A stretch of 64,000 bases of DNA from an uncultured delta proteobacterium (GCA_963794325.1 CAWCDG010000004.1:1472001-1536000), one strand, 5' to 3'. Positions 9,962 to 19,988 are shown, counted from the first letter of the stretch. Program-made: numbers and translations. The notes: generated from the sequence alone by a model not told the origin.

Positions 9962-10182
9962 ACCTCCCCTTGTCCGAGGGGAGGTCGGCGCGCGCCGAAG
10001 GAGTGCGACGGGAGGGGTGCAGCGCCAAGCCCTCGCAACAATGCCCGTTGTGCTGCTGTCGAGCGGCGAACTGGTTTCTCAGCTTCGAGGTTAAACGAGT
10101 CGAAGTTGGTGGGGTGTCGCACGTTGCACCACACCCGCGCTCACCTTCGGCTCGCGCGACCTCTCCTCGGACAAGGAGAGGT
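9962..10182. repeat. Inverted-repeat doublet with arms of about 60 bp
   Basis: acctccccttgtccgaggggaggtcg..gccgaagg versus ccttcggc..cgacctctcctcggacaaggagaggt. Confidence 0.8.
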
Positions 10183-10201
10183 TAGGATCGGTCGGAACGA
10201 A

Positions 10202-11293
10202 CTAGGGCGTGGGCGTGGGCTCCGGTTCGGTGACTCCTGCGCTATGCGGTGCCAGGTCCGGGAGCGACGGGATTATTCGGCGGCTGGCTTCGATGCTCTC
10301 TCGCGCGTATGCGATTGCAGGGGTGGCCGAAATCGCGCGGGGCTTTGCCGCAACCAGGTCTTCCTCGAGTAGTTCGGGCGGGACCTGGCGGAGGTCCCAT
10401 ATTATCCCGCAGGCCTCGAGCAGTTTGAGGGTGTAATACGTGATGTCGATTTCCCACCAGAAAAATCCGTTGCGCGCGGCTGCCGGGTAGTGATGGTGAT
10501 TGTTGTGCCATCCTTCGCCGAGCGTGACCATCGCGAGTGTGAAACTGTTGCGGCTGTCGTCGTTGGTCTCATAGCGGCGGCGGCCGAAGACGTGCGCGAG
10601 CGAGTTGATCGTGAAGGTACCGTGCGCGAGGACGACGGTCGAAATGAAAAATCCCCAGATAAGCATCTGCGCGCCGGTCGTGTGCAGGCCTGGTGCGTGA
10701 CGCTGGAGGAACGAACCCAGCCCGAACATCGCGAAGCCGAGAATCGTCGGGACCAGAATGTCGAAGCGATCGAGAAAAATCAGCTCGGGAAACTTCGCGA
10801 GATCGCGGACCACGCGCAGCTCCGAGCGAAAGTTGGCCTCGGACGTGATCCATCCGATGTGACTCCAGATGAAACCCTGCTGACCCGGCGAATGAACATC
10901 GGTCGGCTCGTCGGAACGTTGATGATGCAGCCGATGATGCGACGCCCACCATAGCGCGCCGCGCTGCACCGCAGTCGCGCCGATCGCGGCGAAGATGAAT
11001 TGGCCGATGCGCGAAGTCTTGAACGAGCGATGAGAAAAATAGCGATGGTAGAATCCGGTGATCGCAAACATTCGGATGAAATACATCGCGATGGCGACAC
11101 CGACTGCGATCGGACTCCATCCGACCCAGATCACGCCGAGGCACATTAGATGAACGACGACGAACGGGATGCATCGAAACCAATCGGTCTTCTGCGGTGC
11201 GTCGGGATCGGGAGGGCCGCCGGCCGAAGTATCAAACCATCGCGCGATCGCAATTAGAAACCTGCGGGATTTTCCCGCCGTCGCTGACGTCAT
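10202..11293 (-). CDS. Acyl-CoA/acyl-lipid desaturase (delta-9 type)
   Basis: His boxes HRYFSH, HRLHH, HNNHH; INSLAH and GEGWH motifs. Confidence 0.92.
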   Translation of the reverse strand: MTSATAGKSRRFLIAIARWFDTSAGGPPDPDAPQKTDWFRCIPFVVVHLMCLGVIWVGWSPIAVGVAIAMYFIRMFAITGFYHRYFSHRSFKTSRIGQFIFAAIGATAVQRGALWWASHHRLHHQRSDEPTDVHSPGQQGFIWSHIGWITSEANFRSELRVVRDLAKFPELIFLDRFDILVPTILGFAMFGLGSFLQRHAPGLHTTGAQMLIWGFFISTVVLAHGTFTINSLAHVFGRRRYETNDDSRNSFTLAMVTLGEGWHNNHHHYPAAARNGFFWWEIDITYYTLKLLEACGIIWDLRQVPPELLEEDLVAAKPRAISATPAIAYARESIEASRRIIPSLPDLAPHSAGVTEPEPTPTP

Positions 11294-11386
11294 TCTATCT
11301 CCCCACCCATGCGCGGTAAGCCCAGCCGCATGGCGTAGTCATAATGCCCAGATTTGCGTTTGTATGTTAACAGGCACCAGAACGCG

Positions 11387-12259
11387 TCACTTGGCGGGCG
11401 TAAGCATCTCGATCTCGTCGAACCGCGCGTAGTCGACGCTTCGGCTGCCGTCGGGGTGGAGCACCAGCACGTCCGCAAAGCGTGCGCCCCAGACGATCTC
11501 GTCAAGTTCGTAGGTATGTCGGGCGTGGACAGTCTGTGAGAACGTCTCGTCGAGTCCAATGATAGACACGATGATCTCGGCTGCGCAATTGGCGAGAGAT
11601 TCGTGGGTCTGGCCGAACAGCGGCGTGCCCTCGACGATCTGATGGACCGCGGTCCACGACAACGCGAACATCGCGCTGCGGCCGCGCGTCATCGGAAGAT
11701 CGTACAGGCGCCGAATCGTGTCGCCTTCGGCGGTGACTTCCTGGCGCGCGAGCACGACGTGAATATCGGCCTCGACGATCCGGTTCGCGCGCAAGTTGGC
11801 GGCACGGATCATCAGGCTGTTAACGCCGTCGCGCGGACTGATCACCACGCAGCGGGTGAATCTCACTCGGGCGGTCGGCCGCGAGAACTTCGAGAAAACC
11901 AGTCCGGTCATGAGCGCGAGCGCGAGCAGTCCGGTGAGCGCCTCGACTGAGACCAGGATGTTCGAGAAGATCGTGACCGGCTCCATCTTGCCGTATCCGA
12001 TCGTCGCCATGGTCTGGACGCTGAAAAAAAACATGTCGGCGAACGAGCCGGAACGCGCGTTCTCGATTCCCTGATCGAGGTAATAGCCGAGGGCAAAGAG
12101 CAGGTTGGCGATGGTGAAGGCGGCGGCGATCAAACCAATCAGCGCGGGCCACGAAGACGTCACGAGGAAGTGATAGAGATCCTCGAAGACGCTGGTGGGT
12201 GCGCCGCGAATCACGCGGTCGCCCTTGAGGCTGCCAATCTGCACTGTTCGCTTCGCCAT
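11387..12259 (-). CDS. Inward-rectifier potassium channel (KirBac)
   Basis: FFFSVQTMATIGYG pore motif, FSKFSRP, RAANLR.N.I, H.I...PL cytoplasmic domain. Confidence 0.93.
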   Translation of the reverse strand: MAKRTVQIGSLKGDRVIRGAPTSVFEDLYHFLVTSSWPALIGLIAAAFTIANLLFALGYYLDQGIENARSGSFADMFFFSVQTMATIGYGKMEPVTIFSNILVSVEALTGLLALALMTGLVFSKFSRPTARVRFTRCVVISPRDGVNSLMIRAANLRANRIVEADIHVVLARQEVTAEGDTIRRLYDLPMTRGRSAMFALSWTAVHQIVEGTPLFGQTHESLANCAAEIIVSIIGLDETFSQTVHARHTYELDEIVWGARFADVLVLHPDGSRSVDYARFDEIEMLTPAK

Positions 12260-12374
12260 CGCGGTGGAATATAGCGGAGCACGCGTCGCGCAGTCAGCAG
12301 GGGGAAGCCTGCGATTCGCGGCGGCGGGTCGCGAAGTGCTACCTTGCGTGCGGAAGATGGCGGGACCTGGTTTC

Positions 12375-12549
12375 AGTGGGGCGGGCCGCCGCGCCCGCCA
12401 TCTCTCCTCGAGGTTGCGGTCACGCGCTGCGATACTCTGTAGTGCGGCAGGCGTCTGCGGTAGAAGTAAAATGAGTCACTCATCGGTAGGCGTGGGCGCG
12501 GACGCCCGCGCGTCGACGGCGGGCACGGCGGCCCGCCCCACTATAAAAG
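12375..12549. repeat. GTGG-type REP inverted pair; right copy overlaps the start of the next gene
   Basis: agtggggcgggccgccgcgcccgcc (12375) versus ggcgggcacggcggcccgccccact (12518); 12488-12549 matches 55100-55161 with one mismatch. Confidence 0.85.
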
Positions 12550-13851
12550 TCAGGCTTCAGATAATTTTGTTCTTGTTCTCGCTGGCGGTGTTCCTGGCGG
12601 CGCCAGTCGTCGAGGTTTCCGATTCCCGATACACGGCTCTCCTGAGCGAGAGCTTGTTGCACCATCGGACGCCCAACCTGGACGAGCACTACAGGGTGCC
12701 GGTGCCGTGGATCACTGGAGACACTGCTGATCCTAAAGACGCGAACGAATACCAACTGGTCAAGGCGCGCGGCCACGTGACGTATTTCTTCGGGCACGGC
12801 AGCTCGATGCTGTCGATGCCGCTGGTAGCGGCGATGAACGCGGTCGGGATCTCGGCGGCGACGCAGGACGGACGCTTGAACCTGGCCGGTGAGATTCGAA
12901 TCCAGCGCGTGATCGCATCAGTCCTGATGGCGGCGCTGACCTGCGTTTTTTTCGCGATGGCGCAGATGATGCTGCCGCTGACCTGGAGTGCGGTGGTCGC
13001 GCTCGGCGCGTCGCTGGGATCGCAGATCTTGAGCACTGCGAGCTCGCGGCCTGTGGGCGCATACCTGGGAGATCTTCCTGGTCGGGTTGATAGCGCATTC
13101 GATACTCAGCAGCGAGCATCGCGCCGCGCGACTCCGACCCGTGTGGCTGGCGACCCTGGTGGCATGGACCTACTACGTGCGGCCGACGGGAGCGATACCG
13201 ATAGTGCTCGTCAGCATTTACGTATTTTGGGTTCATCGCGAGGACTTGGTCGTGTCCGGCTGCGTACTCGCAGGATGGTTGGCGGCGTTTGTCGGATACT
13301 CGTGGACGATATTCGGCACGATCATTCCACCTTACTACTCAGCCTCGCGGCTGAAATTGTATGACCTGATAGTGCCGCTGGCCGGCAACCTGATTAGTCC
13401 ATCGCGAGGACTGCTGGTATATGTGCCGACCACGATCTTCGCGGTGTACCTGGCAGTGCGCTATCGCAAGGGTCTGGCGTACAAGCCGCTCGCAGTTCTG
13501 GCATTCGCCGAGATCATCGCGCTCGAGATCGTAATGTGCACTAACAAGGACTGGACGGGGGGATTTTGTTACGGGCCGCGATTTTTCACCGATGCAATCC
13601 CTTGGTTCGTGCTGCTTGCGATTCTCGGCCTGGATGCGATGCGCCGCGCGCCCGGCAGGTTGGGTCATCGGAGGGAAATTGTGGCGGCGATTTTCCTGCT
13701 GCTGGTGAGCGTCGCGATGAACGCGCGTGGTGCCTGGTCTTATGAAGCCCTCGATTGGAGTCTAGGCCCCTTCCATGCGCGTTCCCCCAGCATCTTCGAC
13801 TGGCGCTATCCGCAATTCATGGCGGGACTGATCGAGCCGCCGAAGAACTGA
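12471..13851 (+). pseudogene. Polytopic membrane protein, GT-C glycosyltransferase-like, frameshifted near 13044
   Basis: Removing one base gives TASRGLWAHTWEIF, joining ORFs 12195..13364 and 13087..13851; SPSRGLLVY and W.GG.CYGPRFF.DAIP motifs. Start uncertain. Confidence 0.7.
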
Positions 13852-13860
13852 CCTCGGCGG

Positions 13861-14805
13861 TTACCGCGCGAAGGCTACCCTCAATGCGTCGGCGGCCTGG
13901 CGCTGGCCTTCTTTGCCTTTGTCGAGACCGTCGGCGAAGCTGACGAAGCCGTGGGTGACGCCTTCATAGCGGGTGCAGGTGGTTTTGACGCCGGCGGCTA
14001 TCAGGCGCTCGGCGAATCGCTCGCCCTCGTCGCGCAGCGGATCGTGGCTGGCGGTCAGCACGAGCGCGGGCGGCAGGTTCTTCAGATCCTTTGCGCGAAA
14101 CGGGCATGCGTAAGGATTATTTTTTTCAGCGCTCGTATCGCAATAATTTTTCCAGAACCATTCCATGTCGGCGCGTGACAGGACGTAACCGTCGGCGGCG
14201 AATTCCTTTTGCGAAGGAGTGTCGAGCGCGCAATCGGTGACCGGATACATGAGCAACTGAAAGTTGATACCGGGACCGCCTCGATCGCGCGCCATCATCG
14301 AGACTACCGCCGCCAGGTTTCCACCGGCACTGTCGCCGCCGACTGCGAGGCGCGAGCCGTCCGCGCCGAGCGAGGCCGCATTTTCGGCAACCCACTTGGT
14401 CGCGGCGTAGCAATCTTCGGCGCCGGCCGGAAAAACGTGCTCCGGCGCGAGCCGGTAGTCGACCGACACGATGACGCATCCCGCCTGATTCGCAAGCGCG
14501 CGGCATACCCGGTCGTGGCTTTCGAGATCGCCGAGCACCCATCCGCCGCCGTGGAAATAAACCAGCACGCCCATCGGCGGATTTCCCTCGGGCGTATAAA
14601 CTCGCGCGGCGATATTACCGTCGGCACCCGTGATGTGCCGATCCTCGACGCGATAGATGGCAGGCGGCGGAATCGGATTCGCTTCGAGCAGCGCGCGCAT
14701 CTTGGCCCGCGCCTGCTCGGCGGTCTCCGCGCGCAGGAACATCGGGCCCGCGGCATTGAACACATCGAGCATTATCTTCATCTGGGGATCGAGGTCTTTA
14801 GGCAT
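13861..14805 (-). CDS. Alpha/beta hydrolase, HSL-family esterase/lipase
   Basis: YFHGGGW, VDYRLAPEH, GDSAGGNL, DPLRDEG, HGF. Confidence 0.95.
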   Translation of the reverse strand: MPKDLDPQMKIMLDVFNAAGPMFLRAETAEQARAKMRALLEANPIPPPAIYRVEDRHITGADGNIAARVYTPEGNPPMGVLVYFHGGGWVLGDLESHDRVCRALANQAGCVIVSVDYRLAPEHVFPAGAEDCYAATKWVAENAASLGADGSRLAVGGDSAGGNLAAVVSMMARDRGGPGINFQLLMYPVTDCALDTPSQKEFAADGYVLSRADMEWFWKNYCDTSAEKNNPYACPFRAKDLKNLPPALVLTASHDPLRDEGERFAERLIAAGVKTTCTRYEGVTHGFVSFADGLDKGKEGQRQAADALRVAFAR

Positions 14806-14863
14806 GCGAGATCATTAGGTGAGGAGAGTCGAAGAGGCAAGCGGTAACGCGGCGCGGGAATCG

Positions 14864-15125
14864 AATGCGAGGCTGCGCGCCCCGCGCCCGCGGCAGGGGT
14901 GACCCCTGCACCCAGTATTCGGAAACGAAAGATGCGGGACTTCGTCCCTGTTAGAACTATTTCGGGAAGAACGATCGAGGTGCATCTGCGCCGCTGGACA
15001 CGAGCACGCTTCGCGTCCTCGCGCCCAAAACCTCCTAACAGGGCGTCAGCCCGCATCTTTTTCTTTCTTAATACTGGGTGCAGGGGTCACCCCTGCCGCG
15101 GGTGCGGGGCGCGCAGCCCCGCATT
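14864..15125. mobile_element. MITE/REPIN-like inverted doublet of the modular element (copies 3 and 4)
   Basis: Arms of about 90 bp (14864-14956 and 15035-15125) are reverse complements, each arm F, core, arm C, around a spacer of about 80 bp. Confidence 0.75.
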
Positions 15126-15890
15126 TCAATTCTCGAATTTGTGGAAGTCGGCGCGCCAGTGGGCGCGGAACCAGGGATCGCCGTCGCGCGAGCCGAATAC
15201 GTCGGCGCTCACCAGCATGTCATTGCCGGCGATACGACAGTCGAGATTGGTGATCTCGTCAACCGCAAAGGTCGGCGAGAAACCATCCATACGCGTTTTG
15301 TACTCGTTGAAGTCCAACCGCGAGCGCATCGTGGCGTAGCCGCGCCCGTCGGTCGAGATTGGCACGACCTGGCCGCGCGGATTGATAATCTTGTCGCTCG
15401 GCTCGACGCCGGTTTCTGTGAACGTGAGCTTGAACGGTTGATTGCCAACGCGCTGGTAGCAGAGACGATAAGTCTTTGGCGTCCAGAAACCGATTTTATG
15501 TGCGCCCGGCTCGCTCCTGATCCAATCGAGCTGACTAACCTCTCCCTGCCAGCATCCGCGGAACACTGCGGGCAGGGCCGGCGCTGCCTGCGCCGTCATC
15601 GGCGCGACGTTCACCGGCGGCGGTGGCGGTGCCGCGGGTTGAGGTTGCGCCGGCGCGGGCTTGTTCCAATTCGGCAGCAGTTGAATCGTGTTGCCGCCAT
15701 CACCGTTCGACGGCGCCAACCTGATTAGCGGCGGCTGACTCGGTGGAATATACGGTTGATTCTGATTCGAAGGTGCCGGAACCTCCATCGTGCTTTGCGC
15801 GCGAACGGATCGCGTAGCAATCGAAGCCAGTCCGCATAGAAGGGTGCACAATATAAGGATACGGGTTCGCATCGAGCGGCTCAGTTCCAT
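15126..15890 (-). CDS. Hypothetical secreted protein with Pro-rich linker
   Basis: Signal peptide, PAPAQPQPAAPPPPP linker, then a globular domain with three Cys; no family recognised. Confidence 0.7.
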   Translation of the reverse strand: MELSRSMRTRILILCTLLCGLASIATRSVRAQSTMEVPAPSNQNQPYIPPSQPPLIRLAPSNGDGGNTIQLLPNWNKPAPAQPQPAAPPPPPVNVAPMTAQAAPALPAVFRGCWQGEVSQLDWIRSEPGAHKIGFWTPKTYRLCYQRVGNQPFKLTFTETGVEPSDKIINPRGQVVPISTDGRGYATMRSRLDFNEYKTRMDGFSPTFAVDEITNLDCRIAGNDMLVSADVFGSRDGDPWFRAHWRADFHKFEN

Positions 15891-16042
15891 TCTATTATAT
15901 ACGAAGCATATTCAGTGCCGCTTCATTCGGCAGATCGATGCGTAGATTGACCCCGTCGCGACGGCTACGATCAGAAAAAGATCCAACGGAGCGCGGCAAT
16001 ATTGCTCAAAAAATCCGCGCGCGACAACGGAGCGCGGCCTGA

Positions 16043-16750
16043 ATGCTTGAAAAGAATCAAACCATAGATTTCGAAGCGGCGTGGGCTGTCAGCCAAGCGC
16101 CCGCGACCGGACGGCGCGCCCAGGCGCATCGATTGGCCAACGCGATGCGGCGGGTTATCGACCATCTGGTGCAAGTTGCGGCGCCAGAAGAAGATCTGTC
16201 GGCTGCGGCCGACGCCCTCGAGCGCTACGCGAAACGGTTGTCGAAGTATCCGATTTCGCGCAGTTACGAGGGGTTTGCCGAAAGCGCCAACGCCGGCGAT
16301 CCGCATGCGTTTTTCGATCACAGCCCGCTGATTGGAATCTCGAATCCGCTCGCGCCGCCGATTCGGCTCGCGGTGATCGGCGACAAGGTCGAAGGGCGCG
16401 GTACGTTCGGCGTCGCGTATGAAGGCCCGCCGGGACATGTGCACGGCGGGTTTCTCGCCGCCGCGTTCGACGAAGTGCTCGGGATGGCGCAGTCGCTGAC
16501 CGGCAATCCCGGGATGACCGGGACGCTGACGATTCGCTACCGGCGCCCGACCCCGCTGCTGACCGAGCTGGTCTTCGAGGCATACGTCGATCGCGTCGAG
16601 GGCCGGAAGATCTTCACGCACGGAACATTGTCGGCCAACGGCGTGTTGACGGCGGAAGCCGAGGGACTGTTCATCGCAGTCGGGCAGGAGCGTTTCGCCG
16701 CGATGGCCGCGATGGTGACGGAGCGCGCGAACCCGCCGCCAAAAAAATAA
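16043..16750 (+). CDS. PaaI/hotdog-fold thioesterase
   Basis: SP..G.SNPLAPP, YEGPPGHVHGG, FDEVLG, TGTLTIRYRRPTPL. Confidence 0.92.
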   Translation: MLEKNQTIDFEAAWAVSQAPATGRRAQAHRLANAMRRVIDHLVQVAAPEEDLSAAADALERYAKRLSKYPISRSYEGFAESANAGDPHAFFDHSPLIGISNPLAPPIRLAVIGDKVEGRGTFGVAYEGPPGHVHGGFLAAAFDEVLGMAQSLTGNPGMTGTLTIRYRRPTPLLTELVFEAYVDRVEGRKIFTHGTLSANGVLTAEAEGLFIAVGQERFAAMAAMVTERANPPPKK

Positions 16751-16769
16751 GACCTTCTGCGCGGCAATA

Positions 16770-16882
16770 CACTTTATTTAATGTGAAACCCGCGGTGGGT
16801 TTCACGTTTTTCACGTTCCTTCGGCAGGGGTGACCCCTGCACCCGGTGTAGTCGCGAAACGTTGAGGACAACCTTTCGCTCT
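16770..16882 (+). repeat. Modular element copy 5 (arm A, core, arm D)
   Basis: cactttatttaatgtgaaacccgcggtgggtttcac..ccttcggcaggggtgacccctgcaccc..tcgcgaaacgttgaggacaacctttcgctct. Confidence 0.9.
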
Positions 16883-17094
16883 GATGGTCAGCTGTCTGCC
16901 TAAAAACCGTCCTGTTACAGTGTAAGTTATCAGGCCTTCGATTCGGGTAGTTCTTACGCGCGAAATCTGACGTGTTATCAGGCTTATTCCCGGACCACCC
17001 GGCGAGTCTGAACATTCTTCCAATCGATAGGGTTCCAGATTCGCGGTGGTCCGATTCGAAACCCGCTGAATCCAAGTACTTTTCATTTTCATTG

Positions 17095-17110
17095 TGGCAG
17101 CGCTCTTGCT
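17095..17110 (+). promoter_or_regulatory. Candidate sigma54 (-24/-12) promoter
   Basis: TGGCAGCGCTCTTGCT, GG-N10-GC, upstream of the gene at 17244. Confidence 0.5.
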
Positions 17111-17243
17111 GCATCACAGTCGCGCTTTCCACTTTGGCGATCGGTAGAGATCGCTAATCCTGCTGAGTGAACGCGTCGGCGATATCAGAGGCCCATTTTA
17201 TCGCCGTGATTTCATTTATTGGGTCAAAATGTGAGGTAACGAT

Positions 17244-17690
17244 ATGACTCTAACCCGCAAAGTATTGGCTGCAGGAGCCGTCGCGGCCTTCGTCGCGTTC
17301 CCGATTTCCGGGGCCTTCGCTCAGAGCTCGGGCTCGATGAACGACAGCGGATCAGCGGCCTCGGCGCCGCCATCGGAGGGCGCTCCCGCGGCTGAGAATG
17401 CTCAGCCGGCTCCGGCTGCTGCCCAGGTAGATGATGCGACCCTGCAGAAGGCGGCCAAGGCCTACGTGAAGGTCAAACAGATTGTGCATCAAACGAAGCA
17501 GGCGGAGTCGGCCAGCAATGGTGCTACACCTGATCAGTCGGCTGCGCAGTCAGAGAAAATTGCGGCGGTGAAGAATGAAGGCCTGGATCCTCAGCAGTAC
17601 GATCAGGTCATCCAGATGGTTCAGAACGATCCCGGGCTTCAGCAGAAATTCGCGAACTACGTGAATCAGAACGGCGGCGACACCGACTAA
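17244..17690 (+). CDS. DUF4168-like secreted protein
   Basis: Signal peptide, Ala/Pro linker, VDDATLQKAAKAY..V..EGL....Y..V...Q.DP.LQQK; GAGG RBS. Confidence 0.75.
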   Translation: MTLTRKVLAAGAVAAFVAFPISGAFAQSSGSMNDSGSAASAPPSEGAPAAENAQPAPAAAQVDDATLQKAAKAYVKVKQIVHQTKQAESASNGATPDQSAAQSEKIAAVKNEGLDPQQYDQVIQMVQNDPGLQQKFANYVNQNGGDTD

Positions 17691-17717
17691 AGTCGGAGCG
17701 CCGACCGCCCTCGCAGA

Positions 17718-17751
17718 CGACCTCTCCCGCAGGATCCTGCGGGAGAGGTCG
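17718..17751. repeat. 34 bp perfect palindrome (possible terminator or REP)
   Basis: cgacctctcccgcaggatcctgcgggagaggtcg is its own reverse complement. Confidence 0.8.
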
Positions 17752-17768
17752 AAGGCGGAACTATAAGA

Positions 17769-17851
17769 ATAATCGCCTGCGCGGCGAGCGGCAGGGGTGA
17801 CCCCTGCACCCAGTGTGAATCGCGAAATGTTGAGGACAACCTTTCGCTCTC
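17769..17851 (+). repeat. Modular element copy 6 (arm E, core, arm D)
   Basis: ataatcgcctgcgcggcgagc, ggcaggggtgacccctgcaccc, tcgcgaaatgttgaggacaacctttcgctct. Confidence 0.9.
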
Positions 17852-17976
17852 AGGGTCGAGGTGAGGAGGGCGAACATAAAGCTGTGATGTTCGGCTTTCA
17901 TCCATCAGGGTGCGCAGCGGATGATCAACTAACCCTTCGCACGCGAAGAGACCTTTGCATAACTGGTCGCCGCCTC

Positions 17977-18015
17977 TTCCCCTCTCCCATCGGGAGAGGA
18001 TTAAGCTGAGGGACC
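17977..18015. repeat. CCTCTCCC-loop-GGGAGAGG hairpin repeat
   Basis: Its reverse complement matches 39985-40026. Confidence 0.7.
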
Positions 18016-18124
18016 TTATACAGCGCGCTTTTTTGAGCGCGATTCAAGATTCTGTTGCTCCTCTAATTCTATCGACCGAGGTTACGCGAAGGTCTCAAGG
18101 GAAAGGAGAACCGGATCTTTCTCA

Positions 18125-19813
18125 TTAGTCAGGACGCACCAGTCCGGATAGACCGGCGAACAGGAGGGGCGTGATCGTCCAGCCGGCCAAAATGTGTAGC
18201 CATAGGTAGTATCTTAACAGGCGGCTGGGGAGGGAGCTGGCGTCGGGGGACTGGTCGGTGCGGGTTACTCGGCCGGATACGACGTGGCGCGGGTTGGGGC
18301 GCCAGTATTTGTCCTGGTGCAATTCGACTACCGGCAGGAAATTTTCCAGGGAATAGATCAGCGGATGGAAGACCGGATAATGCGGCGGCGCTTCTCCGGT
18401 CGCGACGAACTCGCGATAGGCGGCCTCCTCGGTCGGCGTGATGACGCGCATCCGATAGCCCCATCCGAATAGAATCGTGCCGAGGCCGACGAAACCGCCA
18501 ATCCACCAGAGCGCGCGCAACGGCACGTAGCCGAAGCCGATCGTCGATTGCATCACCAGGCTCCACGCCCGCCGCGCGAGGCTCTCATGGCCGAGGCGGC
18601 GCTGCGCGATTTCCTTGGCGATACGCACCTGGATCGCGCCGTCGTCGCGGCCCATCTCGCTTAAGACTTTTGCCAGTTGGCGATATGGCTGCGGATGGTA
18701 TTCCGCCGGTTGCAACCCGAGCCATCGCAAGCGCGAGTCGCCGTCGCTGGGACCGCCGGCGATGTCGTTGTACACGAAACCGTTGACGATCAGATTGCCG
18801 GGTGCAGGCCAGCTCTCCTCGTCATCCCAAATTGCGCCGGCGTGCGCGTCCTCGAGGTCGAGCACGGTCTTGGGTGTATGCTTCACCTCAACCCAATAGA
18901 ACGTGCCGTCGATAGTCGCGCGCTCGGCATCGAGTTGTCCGTCGCCCTTGAACTCGACGCCGTGAAAGCTGAGGTCGTGGCCGATCTTTGCCAGCCGCGC
19001 GTACACTATGCCGTCGGTGGTGAAGCCGTCGTGAAACAGCACGTCGCCGCCGACGTTGGTTTCGATCAGGTCAACGGCGTCGTAGCCGGGATTGGAGATT
19101 CGGGCGCCGGACAAGTCCAGGGTCCCGTCGATTCGCGCGCGCATGAAGCTAACGGGCCCGAACTCGCCCATCAAAAACGACGCGTCGCCGTGGATGTTCG
19201 CGAGGTTGCCGAAGATCGCGCCGGTGCGCGAGCGCCGCACGGTTATGTCCTGCAGATGGGCGGATAGCAGGTTGATTCCGTCGGGGAGGTAGCATCGGAT
19301 GAGCGTCAGTGGCTTGTCGACGGTGGCGTAGGAGAGATCGAGATTGCCGGCAATTCGCGCGCCCGCCAGAGCCAGTCCGCTGGGATGAACGAATCGCGAC
19401 GCATTGGGATCGCTGAGCAGCCAAACGACCACTTCGGCGCGGACGGTGCGATCGATTCCCCAAGTCTCGCCGTGCGCGGTATCGTTGGTGGCGTTATCGG
19501 TATCGTCGCTGGGGCCGAACCACGGCACGTCGCGCAACGGCGCCGCATGCAGAAGTTTTCGTTCTGCCGCGCTAATCGAAGCGCCGAATTTCTGCTGCGC
19601 CATCGCATTCAGCGCGACTTCCGAACTATTTCCACTTGAATCGGCCACGCCGGCCGCGGCCGCGAAGGACGCCGATGCTGTGACGGTCAGTAATGCGATC
19701 ACGATCGCCGCTGCGGATACTTTTCGACTTATGAATATCAGTGGACGCAAAGCTTTGATGCCGCGCAAGCGCGGTCGGTCGCATCGGGGAATATCAGCGG
19801 CGAGCCGAAGCAT
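18125..19813 (-). CDS. Uncharacterised protein with beta-helix/pentapeptide-like repeats and a C-terminal membrane domain (family often annotated as membrane-associated oxidoreductase)
   Basis: L.GARI.G.LDLS repeats, WDDE.SWP..G.L...GFVY, PQPYRQLAKVL, GFGY.P.RA, YSLENFLP, H...GW. Start uncertain (19813 or 19750). Confidence 0.75.
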   Translation of the reverse strand: MLRLAADIPRCDRPRLRGIKALRPLIFISRKVSAAAIVIALLTVTASASFAAAAGVADSSGNSSEVALNAMAQQKFGASISAAERKLLHAAPLRDVPWFGPSDDTDNATNDTAHGETWGIDRTVRAEVVVWLLSDPNASRFVHPSGLALAGARIAGNLDLSYATVDKPLTLIRCYLPDGINLLSAHLQDITVRRSRTGAIFGNLANIHGDASFLMGEFGPVSFMRARIDGTLDLSGARISNPGYDAVDLIETNVGGDVLFHDGFTTDGIVYARLAKIGHDLSFHGVEFKGDGQLDAERATIDGTFYWVEVKHTPKTVLDLEDAHAGAIWDDEESWPAPGNLIVNGFVYNDIAGGPSDGDSRLRWLGLQPAEYHPQPYRQLAKVLSEMGRDDGAIQVRIAKEIAQRRLGHESLARRAWSLVMQSTIGFGYVPLRALWWIGGFVGLGTILFGWGYRMRVITPTEEAAYREFVATGEAPPHYPVFHPLIYSLENFLPVVELHQDKYWRPNPRHVVSGRVTRTDQSPDASSLPSRLLRYYLWLHILAGWTITPLLFAGLSGLVRPD

Positions 19814-19876
19814 GCAAGCAAAGGAGCGCTGCGCGATTTCAAAACCGGAACCGGCTCCGCTATGGCGAAGCTGTCC

Positions 19877-19921
19877 GAGATCCTTCCTGCCGCTCGCGTT
19901 GCTCGCTCTGTCAGGATGACA
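19877..19921 (-). repeat. TGTCATCCTGA..GCGA..AGGATCTC-type REP
   Basis: Minus strand tgtcatcctgacagagcgagc..aaggatctc; related copy at 35734-35761. Confidence 0.6.
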
Positions 19922-19930
19922 AACAAAGCG

Positions 19931-19964
19931 AAAAAAAGCCGCGCCGGGATTAACCGGCGCGGCC
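19931..19964 (-). terminator. Rho-independent terminator
   Basis: gccgcgccgg/ccggcgcggc stem plus 7 T on the minus strand, just after the stop at 19989. Confidence 0.85.
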
Positions 19965-19988
19965 TTCGATTGTGATTGATCGGATTGT

